From Caldisericia bacterium (GTDB lineage Bacteria > Caldisericota > Caldisericia > UBA6126): a stretch of DNA of 62,946 bases. Every line of letters starts with the position of its first letter. Position 1 is the stretch's first letter. The notes under the pieces are model-generated. The model saw nothing but the letters and a program-made list of their open reading frames with translations. It did not search any database and was not told where the DNA came from. The translations under genes were made by a program, and so were the position numbers. The stretch covers positions 1-62,946 of the forward strand of contig JAGLCW010000201.1 of the NCBI GenBank assembly GCA_023146045.1, in the 5' to 3' direction. Positions 62,250-62,946 of this stretch are shown in pieces.

Positions 62250-62591
62250 TTGCACGAAATATATTTTTATAAAGACAGAAATGGCAAAGAGCCAGTACTT
62301 GATTATATACAGGATCTGGAAAATCACAAGGACAAGTCCAGTCATATAAAGCTAAACAAGATTAACGACTACCTCCAAGTGTTAAGCGAGCACGGAACAC
62401 AGGCGGGAGAGCCATATGTTAAGCATTTAGAGGGTGTCATATGGGAGCTTAGACCTTTAAGAGACAGAATACTTTTTGTAGGCTGGACAAACGGTAGTTA
62501 TATTTTGCTTCACCAGTTTAAGAAGAAAACACAGAAAACCCCGCAACGGGAAATAGAAAAAGCTAAAAGAGAATTAGCCGAATCGAGATAG
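62250..62591 (+). CDS. Type II toxin, RelE/ParE superfamily (HigB / phage Gp49-like)
   Basis: 113 aa: HEIYFYKDRNGKEPVLDYIQDL...GEPYVKHLEGVIWELRPLRDRILFVGW..GSYILLHQFKKKTQKTP. TTG start. Followed 9 nt later by an XRE HTH gene. Confidence 0.8.
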   Translation: MHEIYFYKDRNGKEPVLDYIQDLENHKDKSSHIKLNKINDYLQVLSEHGTQAGEPYVKHLEGVIWELRPLRDRILFVGWTNGSYILLHQFKKKTQKTPQREIEKAKRELAESR

Positions 62592-62600
62592 AAAGAAGAT

Positions 62601-62891
62601 TTGAAAATGAAAAATAAAGCGATAGGTAGCAAATGGTCAGATGTAAGAAAAGAAATTTTCACACCAGAAGAAATTGCCGCAAGCGACCTTAGAGTAGCTA
62701 TTGTAGGCGAGCTTATCAAGACCAGACATAAGAGTGGAATATCACAACGTAAACTTGAAGAAATAAGCGGAGTAAAACAGCCTATTATAGCCAGAATGGA
62801 GAATGGCAAAACAAACCCACGAATTGACACTATTCTAAAAGTTTTAGCCCCTCTGGGAAAGACACTTCGTGTAGAGGACTTGAAAAAATAG
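62601..62891 (+). CDS. XRE-family HTH antitoxin (HigA-like)
   Basis: 96 aa. HTH is IKTRHKSGISQRKLEEISGVKQPIIARMENGKTNP. The start could be the TTG at 62601 or the ATG at 62607. Confidence 0.8.
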   Translation: MKMKNKAIGSKWSDVRKEIFTPEEIAASDLRVAIVGELIKTRHKSGISQRKLEEISGVKQPIIARMENGKTNPRIDTILKVLAPLGKTLRVEDLKK

Positions 62892-62946
62892 TAGATACCT
62901 GCAACAATTTATAGGAAATTGATGATTTCTCGTTGATTTCATTCTG

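Noticed and set aside
62118-62345. 75-aa minus-strand ORF (MTGLVLVIFQILYIIKYWLF...)
   Set aside because: It has low-complexity hydrophobic sequence, overlaps the promoter and 5' end of the toxin gene on the opposite strand, and has no RBS.

Overview
AT-rich bacterial chromosomal window using the standard genetic code; the taxon cannot be determined by eye. All family assignments below come from motif recognition, not from searches. The left half (0.5-31.5 kb) is tightly packed housekeeping. It holds a histidine kinase plus an NtrC-like response regulator, dnaE, glmM, rplT-rpmI-infC, thrS, two tRNA-Pro, gpsA, der, pdxST, yebC-ruvCA, tRNA(CAT)-tilS-hpt-ftsH, and the trxA-rimP-nusA-infB-rbfA-nrnA-truB-ribF operon. 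The right half (31.6-61.3 kb) is a single-strand locus of about 30 kb and is the main candidate for an undescribed system. It reads: ECF sigma factor, zinc-finger anti-sigma factor with a very large ectodomain, four secreted paralogues of 546, 1161, 3612 and 2544 aa, a membrane GT2 glycosyltransferase, and an inserted AAA/DUF4143-type ATPase. The four paralogues are built from roughly 1, 5, 20 and 12 copies of one 110-150 aa module that I cannot assign to a named domain family. All four end in the same ~380-400 aa C-terminal cassette, which finishes in a copper-amine-oxidase-N-terminal-like domain. A fifth family member starts at the extreme left edge (1..278), just downstream of the two-component system. 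A shared TGAACC(A/T) box lies upstream of the sigma gene, of the 3612-aa gene and of the left-edge paralogue. The right edge carries a GAF protein, a slightly GC-richer non-coding stretch that may be a gene remnant, and a HigB/Gp49-like plus XRE toxin-antitoxin pair. No CRISPR array, reverse transcriptase, integrase or transposase was seen.
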